64,000 bases of DNA, taken from contig CM022668.1 in the NCBI GenBank assembly GCA_012295275.1, positions 9,858,001-9,922,000 of the forward strand. Reading direction: 5' to 3'. Made by a program: the position numbers and the translations under genes. This stretch comes from Chrysomallon squamiferum (Eukaryota; Animalia; Mollusca). The notes under the pieces are model-generated. The model was not told where the DNA came from, did no database searches, and was given only the letters and a program-made list of their open reading frames with translations. Of this stretch, positions 25,991 to 41,023 are shown piece after piece. Numbering within the stretch: position 1 is the stretch's first letter; the number at the start of each line of letters is the position of its first letter.

Positions 25991-27022
25991 TAGGATCGCG
26001 ACAGCTCTATCATTTGGCTACAACCCAACTCTCCTTTATTTCGTCTGCTACATTATTTTCTCCAATCCTCTGCCTTATTTCACGACCACTCTGCTAAATA
26101 GCGTCTGGTCTATCATTTCGGTAAAAATATCTCTCCCATAGTGTGAGTAAATTTCTTTAGCCTCGAGTGAATGTATAAAGATATTTTTTTGTGCAGATTA
26201 CATCAGTAGAGGTCTGAGGAAACATAGGCATTCCCGAGTCTCTCCAAATGTGATATTTTCTCAAACAAAGATAACATTTTCTCTTCAAAATGCCGCTCGA
26301 CGATTCAAGAGAAAACACCCAGAATTCTTATCAACTCTCGCGAGACTGCGTGTTATCTGTTGCACGTTCCAAGCACGAGCTGAAGGTAGACATCAAAGGG
26401 TTCTCGTAGTCCACTGGGTTCTGTCTGACTTGCTTGCTGTATGTGTGTTTGCAGTAGATGAAGAAGTGAACGCAATACAGTTGTTAGTAACGCTAATCTA
26501 GCTGTCCGTTTTGAAAACCAAGGTGATCAAAGGCGACATGCCGGCCATAGTCTACGTGCTAATGGACGTCGACTATGATTCTGTTTCAGTTCGACCAGAT
26601 ACTAATTACAGAGCAGCAAAACAACACCTGAGAACTGCTTAAACATCGGCCGTTCATTCATCTCTCTCGTTACTGGTTCAAACTCAAATTGTCCGGTTAA
26701 CTCTTGCTGCTTCTTGTTATAGATGAAATCGTTCGTTGATAAAGATGTCTATTTTTTTTTTTTTTTTTTTTGCTAGAATGTTCTGCAGACTGTGTTACTG
26801 ATTAAGTGTTGTTTTAAATAAACTTTTTACCCCTCTCTCTCTCTATCTATCTTCCCATCTGATTTCTGCTTTCTAAATATTTCCGTTTCCGTTCTCCTTC
26901 CATTCCATTCCTGGAATGAACTACTGTCCTTTTGTTTATTTATTTATTTATTTTGTTAAAATAATAATAATAATAATAATAATAATGCTGATGATAATGC
27001 TGATGATGATATAGTTATTTTT

Positions 27023-27101
<79 letters not shown>

Positions 27102-28000
27102 AGTAGAGGATGGTGTATTATAATTATTACATGTAAACATCTTTATCTCATGCCATGTATTTATGAAATATTATTTTTTTTTTTATAACAACATAATTAT
27201 TATCAGTTGATCTGTAACTGCAGATAATTCTGGTTTGTGTTTTGTGTTCATCAGCTCACGTTTTAAAACATTGGACACAAAATAACCTGCTGACCCGAAC
27301 CTTATGAAAACGAAAAAAAATTAGGTGCGACGGTGCGTTGGAGGAAAATGGAGGAATGTACTTTTTTTGTTCTTTTTTTTTCTTTTTTTCTCCGATTGCA
27401 CGGGCGTGGAATGTAAAACTGCTCGCCACATAAGTGCTGACATTTTACACAGTCCGTGCTTTCCACATTGACTGGATTTCACCACACAAAACTGTCGCTT
27501 CGTGTATTCTGCAGCAAACAGGTCTTGTAGCAACGCGAAATCAGGCCTCAGCGTACGAAACACGAAGCACGCCCAGCTGTACCGTCAGCGGTCACGTGTT
27601 CAATACAAGATAATATTCACCAGGGAAACACTGGGCGTTGACAACTTCTAATTACGTCATGCTCTGTTTGGGAACAAAACAGTTATTTATATTTTTTTGT
27701 GGGCATGTGACAGTGTTACTTCCGTTGGAAAATTATGTTCTTATTTATTTATTTATTTCCATTTGCTAAATTTTTTTTTTTTTTTTTTTTTTTTTTCATC
27801 ATTTTTTTTTTTTTTTTTTTATATATCTTTTTTCTTTTAAGAAAAACATAAAGAAAGCTTGATTCATCCATTCATTTGTTATTTTATTTGTTATTTTTGA
27901 TTTATTTGTTTTTGTATGAAATATCGTATTTCAGATAGTTCCAGAAAACGAGGAGTCTTTTCTTCTTTTATCTTTAATAGATTCTTCTTTCTTTCTTTAC

Positions 28001-28038
<38 letters not shown>

Positions 28039-28192
28039 GTTGTTGTTGTTGTTGTTCTTGTTCTTATTTTATTATTATTTTATTTGTTACTGTTTTATTT
28101 GTTTTTCATTCCTTGTATAAATTATTAAAAAAAGAGAATAAGACGCATTATTTATTTGTTTATTTATTTATTTATTTATTTATTTATTATTT

Positions 28193-28240
<48 letters not shown>

Positions 28241-28426
28241 TTGCAAAATGTTATCTATTGATCACTAACTACAAAACAATAAAACATCATTTTAAGCTTA
28301 ATACTCGCGTATTTTGGTATTTTTTGACTCGTACTAAAAACAAGAAACTCATTTTTCTTCCAGTAAATAAAATAGCAATAAAAACGCTTCCTGCTAAAAA
28401 GCACGTGCATAGACGACAGAACTGCT

Positions 28427-28461
<35 letters not shown>

Positions 28462-28837
28462 AACCGCAGAAAGTAAATCTATTTCAGCAGTACAACAGTA
28501 ATGAAAAATCAACGATCAAGCAGAAAAAAAAGATCCGCGCGCATCTTTGACGCGTTGATCGTAAAATTCAGTTAATTGTGGTTCTTCTCGGGAAAGCGGG
28601 CAGAATGTGTTTGTAACAAGTCCGGTAATTAATAAATTAGTCTCAAGTGGATTTTAACGAACTAGTAACAGCGATAAGCGTTCATTTCCCACTGAGCGAA
28701 CATAAACACGGACAAACGGCTGAGTTTTTAAGTGTTTCCTAACACACGATAAACGTCAATTAATTTGAAGATAGGAAAATTGTTACGTACGTCGTGTTTT
28801 ACTGTTAGTCACTTTGTGTGTCGATTGTACAGCTGTT

Positions 28838-29205
28838 AGTGTAATAATTATACAGATATTTGTGTAATAATTATAGAAAAGTTTCTGTAATAATAACACA
28901 GATGCTTGTATAACAATTATTCAGCTGTTTTGTAATAATTATGCAGCTGCTTATGTAATAATTATATATATTTTTGTGTAAGTAATTATACAGATGTTCG
29001 TTTTAAAATTATATAACGACATCCGTGTAATAAGTATATATATGTATATAATTTTGTGTAATAATTCTGTAGATGTTTGTGTGATAATTATATACAAATG
29101 TTTGTGTAATAATTATACAGGTGTTCGTCTGATAATTAAACATATTTTTTGTGTAATAATTGTGATAATTACTCAGGTGTTTGTGTAATAATTATACAGA
29201 TGTTT
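28838..29205. repeat. Degenerate ~22-24 bp minisatellite (gtgtaataattatacagatgttt)
   Basis: 'gtaataatta' recurs about 12 or more times. Confidence 0.85.
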
Positions 29206-29474
29206 GTATACTGTGTCGTTTATACAGCTGATTTGTCTCTCATAACAGCGCTTAACAACTGAGTTTGTCATAAGTAAACAACTTGGGTATATGCTTTCCA
29301 TTAAAGATAATTCCTTTGGTCTCTCGCATCATTTTTCTATATGAAATGTCTGGCATGTATCTATTACTTAGTAGTAGTGGTAGTGGCATACATAGAGCAG
29401 AAACAAGATGTTAATACTTGTTATTTATAGTAACAATAATTCGTCGTGATTAACGTCATCTTTTCCTCCTCCTC

Positions 29475-29537
<63 letters not shown>

Positions 29538-30133
29538 TTCCTGACTCATTGTTCATCGTAAATCTCATAATTGACTATCTGAGGTGACATCAACTTTAAT
29601 CTGCAACGAAACACCGGAAATGAAAAAACGTATTTTAAACAGAATCTTCGAGAAAAGGATAAAAAAAAAAACAACAATGGTTCCTGCATCTGTTTCCTCT
29701 TGGAAACTTAAAATACGTAATATAGTGTAACACATACAGATAAACGAAAGGTAGTGTTTTTATTTTAATTTCTTTTTTTTTGTTTCTTTCTTTGTATTTT
29801 TTTTTTATTGTTTTGAAACATTACAAGACTGTAGAAGCATATCATAAATAAATAAATAAACAAAAAACAAATAAACAAATATAGATATATATAAAAACAA
29901 ACAAACAAACAAATAAGAAAATAACAGCAGCAATAAATACAACAATAATAATAACAACTGATCTTAAAGACTATAACTAACTAAGTAAATAAAACAATAA
30001 ATACATTCATAATGTCAGTCAGTAAACCAATGGGGGAAAAAAAAAAAAAAAAACATATATATATATATCAAAAAGTGTATGACACGGTTATGTACCATTT
30101 GTTTTTAAACCAAGTTAAGAAGTTATATTCAGT

Positions 30134-30214
<81 letters not shown>

Positions 30215-30314
30215 ATATATAAACTTTAACTATGTAATAAATGAGCGGACTCTCACACACTCTCACTACGTATTTAAAATTTAATAAAACAAATATATTT
30301 AAAAATTAAAACAT

Positions 30315-30660
30315 TTTGCGACCCGACGACTTCATCGTAGACGCGGGTCGCACACGAACACGTCACAATTACCTCATTGTTGCGAAACTCTGTAAGATTA
30401 CACACGCCAAGACCTGGAAACACTTTGCATCAATTCTGCTCAGCCAGCAGACAGGGGCGGAGTCAGTACCCTCGGGGCGGGCTATGATATCCCCTCGAGG
30501 TTAAGGGTCTGTGGGATAGACTCTTACGAAAACAGAACGAGCTGTTAATAGATTTCGTGATACGTCAGTGTCTGGCGAGTTCGAAACAGTCGCTTGGTGA
30601 CGTTCTTACACCCACGTGTATTTTATTTCACGTAAAATGATTACGTCGAGTTTGCTTAAC
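30315..30660. promoter_or_regulatory. CpG-rich promoter-like island with two GC boxes
   Basis: GGGGCGGAG (~30454) and GGGGCGGG (~30474), CRE half-sites and CACGTG (~30613). A minus-strand donor atgag|gtaatt lies at 30373/30372. Confidence 0.45.
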
Positions 30661-31284
30661 AAACAGTGAAAACAAATGATGTGTATTGTTGGAAATGTTA
30701 TTTCTATCATGTTACAAATCGTGTTTTCTTTGGCTTGTGTTTTAAAAGTATTTGTTTGTTCTTCTTCTTCTGTTTTTATTTTTTTCCTGCATATATTTTA
30801 TTTTTTTTTCGATTTCTTTTGTTTTTAATTTTTCTATTTATTTATTTATTTATTTGTTTAAGTGTTTTGCTTCTATTTTGATTTATTTATTAACATCAAT
30901 AGATTTAATTGTGATACATAATAACAAACAAATATAGTTAGTGACATTTTACTCTCAGGGACAGACATACGTATGCAAAATAAGTAAATAAACAAACAAA
31001 CAAACAAAGGACAATAGAGTTTAAAAGAAAAAAGAAAATCTAGAACCTCAGATGACATTTTTAACAAATATTATATCTGCAGGAATGCAGGTGTAAGTAT
31101 AAAACTGGTTGTTGTTGATTTTTCTGGAGGTTGGTGGGCGGATAAAAAAAAAAACATATAAAAAATATATTAAACCTGCCTTGGCTGACATTGTTTTCAA
31201 ACACTATTCTATCCAGCAGTTCTCCACACCTACCCATCAAACCTTTCCTCCACCCCATCGTTCAACTTTGACCTTTTGATCATT

Positions 31285-31455
31285 TCCCTACTAAACATTG
31301 CCTTTTACGACCCACCTTTAACAAATCTACCCCCATTCCATCACCCCAAAACACTGACCTACACCCCTTTTCCATCAGTACACATTGATCTATCCCCATT
31401 CCATCACTAAACATTTATCTATCTCCATCCCGTCGCTAAAGACTGACCTCGAACA
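31285..31455. repeat. C-rich ~30 bp minisatellite (aaacactgacctatccccattccatcact)
   Basis: About 5 degenerate copies. Confidence 0.65.
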
Positions 31456-32151
31456 ACCCCACCCTCATTCGTCTTCATCTCCTCCCTCCTGTCTCCTCAG
31501 CCCAGCACATTAAAGTACAACCCAGAGCGATTGTATCGTTGTCACACTGATTAACACGTGCAGATATACATTCAGATAGGTAGAGGAATAATGTATAATT
31601 CATCTACGTCGCAGTCAGTCGCACAGACAAGCCAGCCACTCTGCCATTCTTCGTTCAAACGATTTAATCGCCGTGTGCATTTTCCTGTCGCTAAATAACT
31701 GATTTACATAAGTATTCGCCGTATCGTATTTCCGCAGAGGGTCACTCGGGGTTCACGTTGTTGTTATTATTATTATTATTATTCTTAATTCTCCTCAGTT
31801 TGGAATGCATGTGTGTGTCTCTGTCGTGTACTTGCGAGGGCCTCTCCGGTTTCGCGACAGAAGCTGCGAATGGAAGGAATGTTTCTTTTGTCGACACAGG
31901 CGACCTCTGACGAGCTCTGGAATCCCGGCTTTAATAAAGATGCTTTACGCCCAGCAGTAAAAGGAAACGACGGACGGGAAGACAGAAAGACACGGAATCA
32001 AATTTCAGCATTTAGTCTCATAAAAATCAGCGTTATTTGCATGAAAACTGAAGCGACGTATTCTAACATGGTATTATGTCATCTGACAGCAAATTGCAGT
32101 TTTATTTATTAAAAGGAATACTGTTCCTTGTCCTCTTCTCTCTGTCTCTCT

Positions 32152-32244
<93 letters not shown>

Positions 32245-32343
32245 CACAAACGCAGATACACTGACTCTCAGTTTAAACAAGTGTTCCATGTTGTTACCAT
32301 GGTGTCTTTTTTTCAAAAATATTTACCACTCAAGTTTCTCTCA

Positions 32344-32403
<60 letters not shown>

Positions 32404-33174
32404 GAACATGTGCATACACATATAAACTCATACATTGTATGTAATATATATATATATATATATATATATATTGCATACAAAAAAGACAGTGTGAGAGATA
32501 CAGAGAGAGACAGAGAGACAGAGAAAGACAGATAAGAATCACAAACATCGAGAAATTTCATACCGCAAACATTTTTTTTTCATTACATACATATTTCTGT
32601 TAATTTCTGGGAAGTACTCACACAATAGTTATCATATTTTCTGTAATCTGTAAAAATGAGTCAAATTATCGTTATTTATAGTTATTGCAGACATAGCTTC
32701 TTGTCTAGCAGACAGATTAATGGCCCTGACCTTTCATTATGATCATCAGTGCCGCAGTTAAACGTGTCATTGTTCCCTGTTTTGGGTAGAGTAACTGAAC
32801 AGCCTACACAAAACGACATTTTACTTCTACTAATTTTACCAGCTATTTCAGGACAGTTTGTGACAAATAAAAGTTCCACCCTTTGAAACAAATATTTTCA
32901 AAATGAGAGCAAGGGAGGATTTATAAATAGTCTAAGAACATGGATGCTTGTTGTCAGTGAAACAATGTTTCGTTTATCTTAAAATCAGTTTAAATGAAAA
33001 AAAAAACTATTTTGTTTTCTATTTCACCTTGTAATAGAGTTGATTCTAATTTGTGAAAATCAGTTAAAAATCAGTTTTTAAAAAATGAAGAAAACTTAGA
33101 TTCTATTTTGTGAACAGCATTTTGGTTTTAAATAATTTGTAAATATGATCTTATTTGTAATAATAGGTATAAGT

Positions 33175-33274
<100 letters not shown>

Positions 33275-33903
33275 ACTACTACTACTATAACTACAGAAAA
33301 ATTACAATGAAACACATCTTAGTGTTAAAATGCTAACAGAATGACTAGTAAGAATTGATACCACAATTTTGTCTGTTTTCACAAAAACGTCTTAAAAAAT
33401 CTGATCTCTCTCTTCCCCACAGACCGGAAAAGAGAAAACATAGCCTTTTAAAGAAATTTTATATTATTTTTTATACTTCCTTCATGTCGTATCTAAAGTG
33501 TCTTCGATACAGACAATATTATTACAGTTTTCGGAAAAATGTTATCTGCACTTACCGGAAGACTCTTAAACCCGAGAAGAGCAGAAAATGGCAAAGTAGA
33601 GACTTCCGGTAAGTCTCCCAAACAATTGTTTTGTGTTAATACTTTGGGTAAGTGATGGAGAGAGTGCCTAAATGGTTTTTGTTTTTTCATTTGATTAAGA
33701 TCATCAACATAACATCAACGGTAAACAAAACCATATATGAACAGAAAACAAAATAAAAATCTTAAGTTGTATAAAATCAAATAACATGCTATGCAAAGAA
33801 ATTTAACCAAATCTATATGATGCTTGAGAGAGAGAGAAAATAAAAATAAATATATATTTTTTAAATTATTATTTATTTTTCTTTTCTTTTCTTCTTCTAC
33901 TAC

Positions 33904-33937
<34 letters not shown>

Positions 33938-34560
33938 CTGATAAACATCTCAGAGTTTTTAAATTTTCTTAGACCATAACACGTGATTTCCTTCCTGTGC
34001 CAATCCTTTTTTTCTTTTCATTATTTTTACATTTAAATAATAACAATAACAACAACCTCAATAACAACAACAACAATAATACAACATAAATATATAATAA
34101 TAATAATAACAAAAAATTTAAATTTAATTTTTCTTCTCACAAATAACGTGAACAAAAACCTTATACCTCGTTTTTTTAAAGTTGTTTTTTTCACCCTATT
34201 GGGGATGGGGACTGAGACTGTCTGGAACAGCTGTGTAAAGTCACACGATCAAGGTCGACCCTTCTAGGTGCGCCAGCTTATCTTTGTGTCGTTCCAGACA
34301 GCACTGTGTTATTAATGACAAAAATTCGGGTCTGTTGAAGGTGCACTGAAAAGATTCTTGCTGTTAGATTGTAAACGAGTCCACTGAACGATTGTGTCGT
34401 GTTTCTTATGTCATATCAACATTCAGTGTTTCGTTTACAAGAAAAGTATAATAGCTTGTAATTTTATCCTACAACACAAAAGTTCACATACATACATAGA
34501 TACTTACAACTATACACACATATATGCATTTATGAACATGTGTAAATTAGTGTGTTTATG

Positions 34561-34635
<75 letters not shown>

Positions 34636-35616
34636 GTGTGTGTGTGTGTATATATATAAATATAATATCTATATCGATCTATCTATATATATCTACCTAT
34701 ATCTATATATATATATATATATTACATACACACACACACATGCACGCGCACACACATACCATACACATATATTTAATACCAAATAACAGTATTTAAGATG
34801 ACATCAAACGTCCACACATTCGTCACACACACTTTAATGTTAGTTCTAACTTTGTTCACAGCATTTACGTGTAACTTGAATGTCAGTGCAGAGAAATATG
34901 TGTGAGATTTTGGGGCGGTTTAATGGTGATTGATGACTGGGGGATGTTCCGATAGGGCGTCTCCTGTCAAGATGTACTATGTAAAACGTACCTCCTGCAG
35001 TCCTTCGTCGTTAAAAACCTCTCAGAACGGTTTTGTACCAGTGTATTAAAAATATTTAGTCTAATAGCTAGGATGCGGTTGAAAATATTTGTGTGTGTTT
35101 AAATGTGTTTGTGTGTGAATGTGTGTGTTTGTGTATGTATGTGTGTGTCTGATTTAAGAATAAAAGTTATTAGTAAAGATCAATGGAATTAGAACAAAAG
35201 GAATAAGAAACTAAACTACAAAAATATGAAACAGAAAACAGCATACTGTATAAACCGAGTAGAAACAAAAACATAAAACAAACAATATCAACAATTAATA
35301 ATAGATAATTAGAAAGAAAATTAAAAGAAACAAACAAAACAAAACAAAACAAAACAATAAATAAATAAATTAATTAAAAAAGGAAAATAATACGAAAGAA
35401 ATAAACAAAATAAATAATACCCTATAAAAACTACAAAGACTTACAGATTCGACAACGGAGGAATTTACAACAGCCATTAAGTACAAACGTAAGACGGGTT
35501 TTTATTTGTGTATGTACTGGTACTCTACTTAAATTAAGCAAATAAAAGAAATGTGAGCCACAACAAGCTGAAACAGAAGTCACAGCATTCATCATAAAAG
35601 GAAAGTTGGTATTTAA

Positions 35617-35709
<93 letters not shown>

Positions 35710-35874
35710 GACACACACTAATTCCACCTATCGTATATTTTTGACTTTTTCTAATCTTTCATTAGTTAAAATTTGAATAATCTATTGTTTTTTTCTTCTT
35801 CTTGTTTTGTAGAAAATGTACTTTAAGTCAGATTTAATTTTTCTTCTTCTACTCATGATTATTATCATCGTCGA

Positions 35875-35932
<58 letters not shown>

Positions 35933-35954
35933 GTAGTAGTAGTAGTAGTAGTAG

Positions 35955-36352
35955 CAGTGCCGGATTTATTGTGCTAGTCACTATAGAAATTTTACCGCCC
36001 CGTCTTCAAGCGCACTTCACCCTTCCCACTTTATTATATAATATGAAATATATAATTTTTTATTACTTGTGGAAAAGCGCAGAAATTCTTACTGAAAAAC
36101 CGAAAAAAATATCAGTATAAAGTTTCTGTCCAATAGATATTTATTCTTAGTCATAATAATTTAATTGAATTAGGTGAAAAGAGCCCCAATTTTAACAAAG
36201 CGCACCACTTGATAATTTAGCGCACAATCTCCTAAAAACGCGAAAGGCGCAGTTGGGAACACTGTCCAGTAACAGTTTCATAAACCGCCGCCCCTATCAT
36301 CCTGCCGCCATAGGCTCTAGCCTAGAAAGCCTATATGAGAAATCCGGCCTTG
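35955..36352. mobile_element. MITE / non-autonomous hAT-like DNA transposon (398 bp)
   Basis: TIRs cagtgccggattt ... aaatccggccttg (11/13 match). 8-bp flanks agtagtag / agttgtag are consistent with a hAT-type TSD. Confidence 0.75.
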
Positions 36353-37100
36353 AGTTGTAGTAGTTGTAATAATAATAATAATAGTATTAGTATTAGTAGT
36401 ATTAGTAGTATTAGTAGTAGTATTAGTATTAGTAGTAGTAGTAATAATAATAACAACAGTATTGGTATTAGTCGTATTAGTATTAATAGTAGTAGTAGTA
36501 ATAATAATAACAACAGTATTAGTAGTATTAGTATTAGTAGTAGTAGTAGTAGTAGTAATAATAATAATAACAGTATAAGTATTAGTAGTATTAGTAGTAG
36601 TAGTAGTAGTAGTAATAATAATAATAACAGTATAAGTATTAGTAGTATTAGTATTAGTAGTAGTAGTAGTAGTAATAATAATAACAACAGTATAAGTATT
36701 AGTAGTATTAGTAGTAGTAGTAGTAGTAGTAATAATAATAACAACAGTATTGGTATTAGTAGTATTAGTATTAGTAGTTGTAGTAGTAATAATAATAATA
36801 ACAGTTAAGTATTAGTAAGTAGTAGTAGTAGTAGTAGTAATAATAATAATAACAGTATAAGTATTAGTAGTATTAGTAGTAGTAGTAGTAGTAGTAATAA
36901 TAATAATAACAGTATAAGTATTAGTAGTATTAGTATTAGTAGTAGTAGTAGTAGTAATAATAACAACAACAGTAAAGTATTAGTAGTATTAGTAGTAGTA
37001 GTAGTAGTAGTAATAATAATAACAACAGTATTGGTATTAGTAGTATTAGTATTAGTAGTTGTAGTAGTAATAATAATAATAATAGTAATAATAATATTAA
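36353..37100. repeat. Higher-order compound trinucleotide satellite [(agt)n(aat)n aac agt ata agt att], ~50-60 bp period
   Basis: The block 'aataataacagtataagtattagtagtattagt' recurs about 12 times. Confidence 0.93.
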
Positions 37101-37519
37101 CGATTATTATTATTCCCTATTTGGTAGTTAAGATACACTGTAAAAAAGGTGATGAAGATTTCATAAATGAAGTTAAGTCGCCAACTTGCACTTTTACTCT
37201 CAGCATAACATGCACACAAAAATGAAAACAAAAACAAAAGAAAAGAAAAAGAGAAGTAAAAATAGACAGCATAATGTGCAAACACACAGAACACACACGA
37301 AGTAAGCAAATCAGTTTTTGTTACCAGATTTTCTTTAACGATTTTTGGCTGCCACGGACCATTTGCGCGAACACGGACAGCGATAAACATTGAGCAATAA
37401 AACCATAAAGATGAATTAAACACACAAGCGTTTTTGATTAAGGAAAGTTTCGTTTTGTTTTACTTCTTAGAGTTCTAAGGTTACAGCATTATTTTTTTTT
37501 TTTCCCACTTGTCAGATTT

Positions 37520-37810
37520 GTCGGCTGGGGTGAAGACTTTTTGGGTGAGATGTGTTAGGTCAGAGGTACACAGTGGCTATCACTGAGTTTTTTCCAATCT
37601 CAGCACGTTTTTTCTTATAATGGTTGAGCAAAGGCTGTGGTATATGTTTTACTGAATATGAAAAATTGCACATGAAAAGACTGACTGCTGTTAATCTAAA
37701 ACATAGAAGCCTGTTATATATAGCAATGAGTTTTTACTCCTCATTTATCATAATAGTCATCAATTATAAATATGTTCAATGTATCTTTAAATAAAACTGC
37801 CTTCCTTGAC
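37520..37810 (+). mobile_element. Degenerate tRNA-derived SINE, near full length
   Basis: ...caaaggctgtggtatatg...gcacatgaaaagactgactgctgttaatc...aaatatgttcaatgtatctttaaataaaac..ccttcctt tail. Same motif order as the other copies. Confidence 0.65.
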
Positions 37811-38270
37811 ACGTGTTTGAATTTCAGCACTTCAGTCAGAAATCAGAAGAAAAAGAAGAAGAAGAAGATGAAGAAGAAGAAGAAGAAGAAGAAATTATAA
37901 TAATAATAAAAAGAGAAAGAAAAAGAAAAAATGTAACAACAACAACAACAGTAACAATAATAATTAAAAGAGATAAATAATAATAAAATAAAAATAAATT
38001 AATTAAAATAAAATATGATATAAAATTAAATTAAAAATTAAAAAAATTATAAGATAAAACAGAAAGAAAAATATTTCCGTAACAGACGAAAATTGTTATT
38101 TTAACTAGAACGTAAGAGTATTTTATTTTTAGTTCAACGTCAGTGAATTACAATTTATTTTAGAAGCATCATAAATCTTCTTTGTTCACATAGTAAACAA
38201 TTAAAATGTAAATTTGGAGGTATACTTTATTGCAGTCACGTACTTACACAATATAAATACGGTAACCGGG

Positions 38271-38303
<33 letters not shown>

Positions 38304-38320
38304 TAAATTAAAAAATGAAA

Positions 38321-38376
<56 letters not shown>

Positions 38377-39406
38377 ATAATAATAATAAAAATAATATGA
38401 AAAAAATGAAATGAAATGAAATAATCAGCTCTGTTTGCGTCTTAAGTTACAAAAGAAGAAGAAAAAAAAAAAAAAAATAAAAAAAAAAAAAAAAAAAACA
38501 ATAGAAAATTTACAAACAATCCCTAAATACTGCCTCCCAGGTTACCAAAACTAATTATTTATGCACCGCGTAGATCAACCAGGTGCGCATGCGTTCTCTA
38601 AATTGTATCTAATCTGGTTAGGTTATTTTTAGTTGTCGTGACATGACAAGAAGATTTTTTATTTTTTTGAATTTTTTTTTTTTGAGTAACCAATGTAGGC
38701 ATATTGCCTGCATTTTGTGTTTAAACAGTCAAACATTTTTCAGAAAATTATATTAACATCCCTTTTATTTATTAACACTGACGTTATACTTGCCATATTT
38801 ATTAACAGTTATAAATACGTAACTGTAAAACAAATTCATTATTTCAAGACCCAACCTCATATTTAGCATCTGCCGATGAAAGGGGTGTCTAGAATCCTCG
38901 TCCAAAAACCTTCCTGGATCCGCCATAAGAGGTACATAATTTCAATATACACCAGGTTTCCAGATGTTAGCTGTAGAACAGTAAAAAAAAAATAATAATA
39001 AGAAGAAGAAGAAATAAGAAAAAGAAAGAAGAAAAAAGTACACTGAAAAAAAAAAAATAACGAAAAATTAAACAGTCGACAAATACAAACACGACGATTA
39101 AATGGCTTGCCGAAAAGAATACAAAAAAAAAAAAAAATATGCAAGACACTATCTCGACACAGCCTTGATTATGACAGGACTATATTTCTTCTAAGATTTC
39201 TCATTAAATTTTTTTTTTTTAAAACTTGGAAGAACGGTTACGACTGCGAGCAGACGACAGTGTTTGCACCAGACATGTCAGACATTATTTCCATGTACTT
39301 TAAGTATGTTCTGTGACCTTGGTGAATCAGCAGGTTTGACGGGCCAGTTGCAGAGAGAATAAAGAAATGAATCGAAGATATATAAGCAGTGATTAAAGAG
39401 GTTGTC

Positions 39407-39472
<66 letters not shown>

Positions 39473-40013
39473 CAGTACATTTCAGTAATGTCCTACCTGC
39501 CTTGATACTTTTTCATCGTCTTCAACACTGTAATCGCCATGGCGGATTTAGGATTAAACAACATTCTGCAATAAAACAGTATTAAATAAATAAATAAACA
39601 AATAAATAAATAATATATATATTATTTATTTATTTATACTTATTTTCACAAATGCATTGTATATATATGTCGTAAAGAGAATGTTACAAAAATTAAAATG
39701 TTTACGGCACTGCAAGTTCTTTAGTATTTGTTAACACGGCGAGAAAGCAGACGTACACAAAAGGAGGCGGTGCAAGGTAATTAGCTTGAAGTGCACTCGT
39801 TATCATTGCTGCACTGTCGGAGCTTTTCCATGGCGGTATGACTGTAACAACGTGATGGTCACAAAATCTCGGAAAATTAAAGAACGGTAATAATTTCGAC
39901 AGTTTCTAGTGGCTGTCTGTCTCCATTTAATTTCTCACCGGTTAATGGCCGATATATTAGTTATACAAAACTTGTCAAAGTAATTGTATTTATTTAAGTT
40001 AATAAATATGAAT

Positions 40014-40081
<68 letters not shown>

Positions 40082-40964
40082 AATAAATAAATAATAATAA
40101 CAACAACAAATCAATTATTTAATTAATTAAATAGTATTTTATATTCTCGTACGTAAAACATTTTATATTGTATTTTTAATCAGAAAATAATTTTAATACT
40201 TACTGAAAATACAATGAAATAAATTGAAATACGCCACTTTCATCTGACCAGATATATTTCATATTTAATCAGATACCTTAAAATAACTTCTATTTTCTTT
40301 CTTTTCAGCCTGTTTTGTGTCAGTTAATTTTTTCTCTCACCTTATTTAAAATAAAAAATAAAATAAAAGTCAAAAAGAAAACGATGTTAACGTCTTGTCG
40401 ATAAGTACGTCTTTGTGATGACGTCAAGGACATTTTCATTTATGACGTCAACACTGGAGATTATAGTTAAGTGAATGGCACATGGACACTGATGTTGTAA
40501 ATTATTTAATTTAACTTAATTTTTTTTTTTTTAAATAGTTTTAACATAGAAATTAAATCGTTGACAATCAGTGAAAAGTGCATTATAAATATAAAAGTAA
40601 TGAACAATTATATTGCATTCTATTCTTGTTTTTTTAAACTATATTTAAAACAAATGAATATCAATTATATTCCATTCTTTTCTTGTTTTTTTTTTAAACT
40701 ATATTTAAAACAAAGTAAACTAATAGCAAAATGATGTTCATAATAATAATAATAAGAAGAAGAAGAAGAAGAAAAAGAAGATAATAAATAAATGCTATAA
40801 AAACACTGAATAAACGATATATAAAATTGTGTGTATATTTATTTAACTTAGTTTTTTGTTTGCTCTTATCTTCATTTATTTATTTATTTATTTATGTTGT
40901 TATTGTTCTTCATCCCACTCAAAGGAAATTCTTTCGTGAAATTTCTTTTCAGAAATTCTGGTCT

Positions 40965-41023
<59 letters not shown>

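Noticed and set aside
22514-26141. Long ORFs (up to 429 aa) in the 60-bp array
   Set aside because: They arise from a stop-free unit whose length is a multiple of 3. Frameshifts are frequent, and there are no splice signals or unique coding flanks.
36331-36808. Poly-Ser/Asn/Ile and poly-Leu ORFs
   Set aside because: These are translations of trinucleotide repeats.
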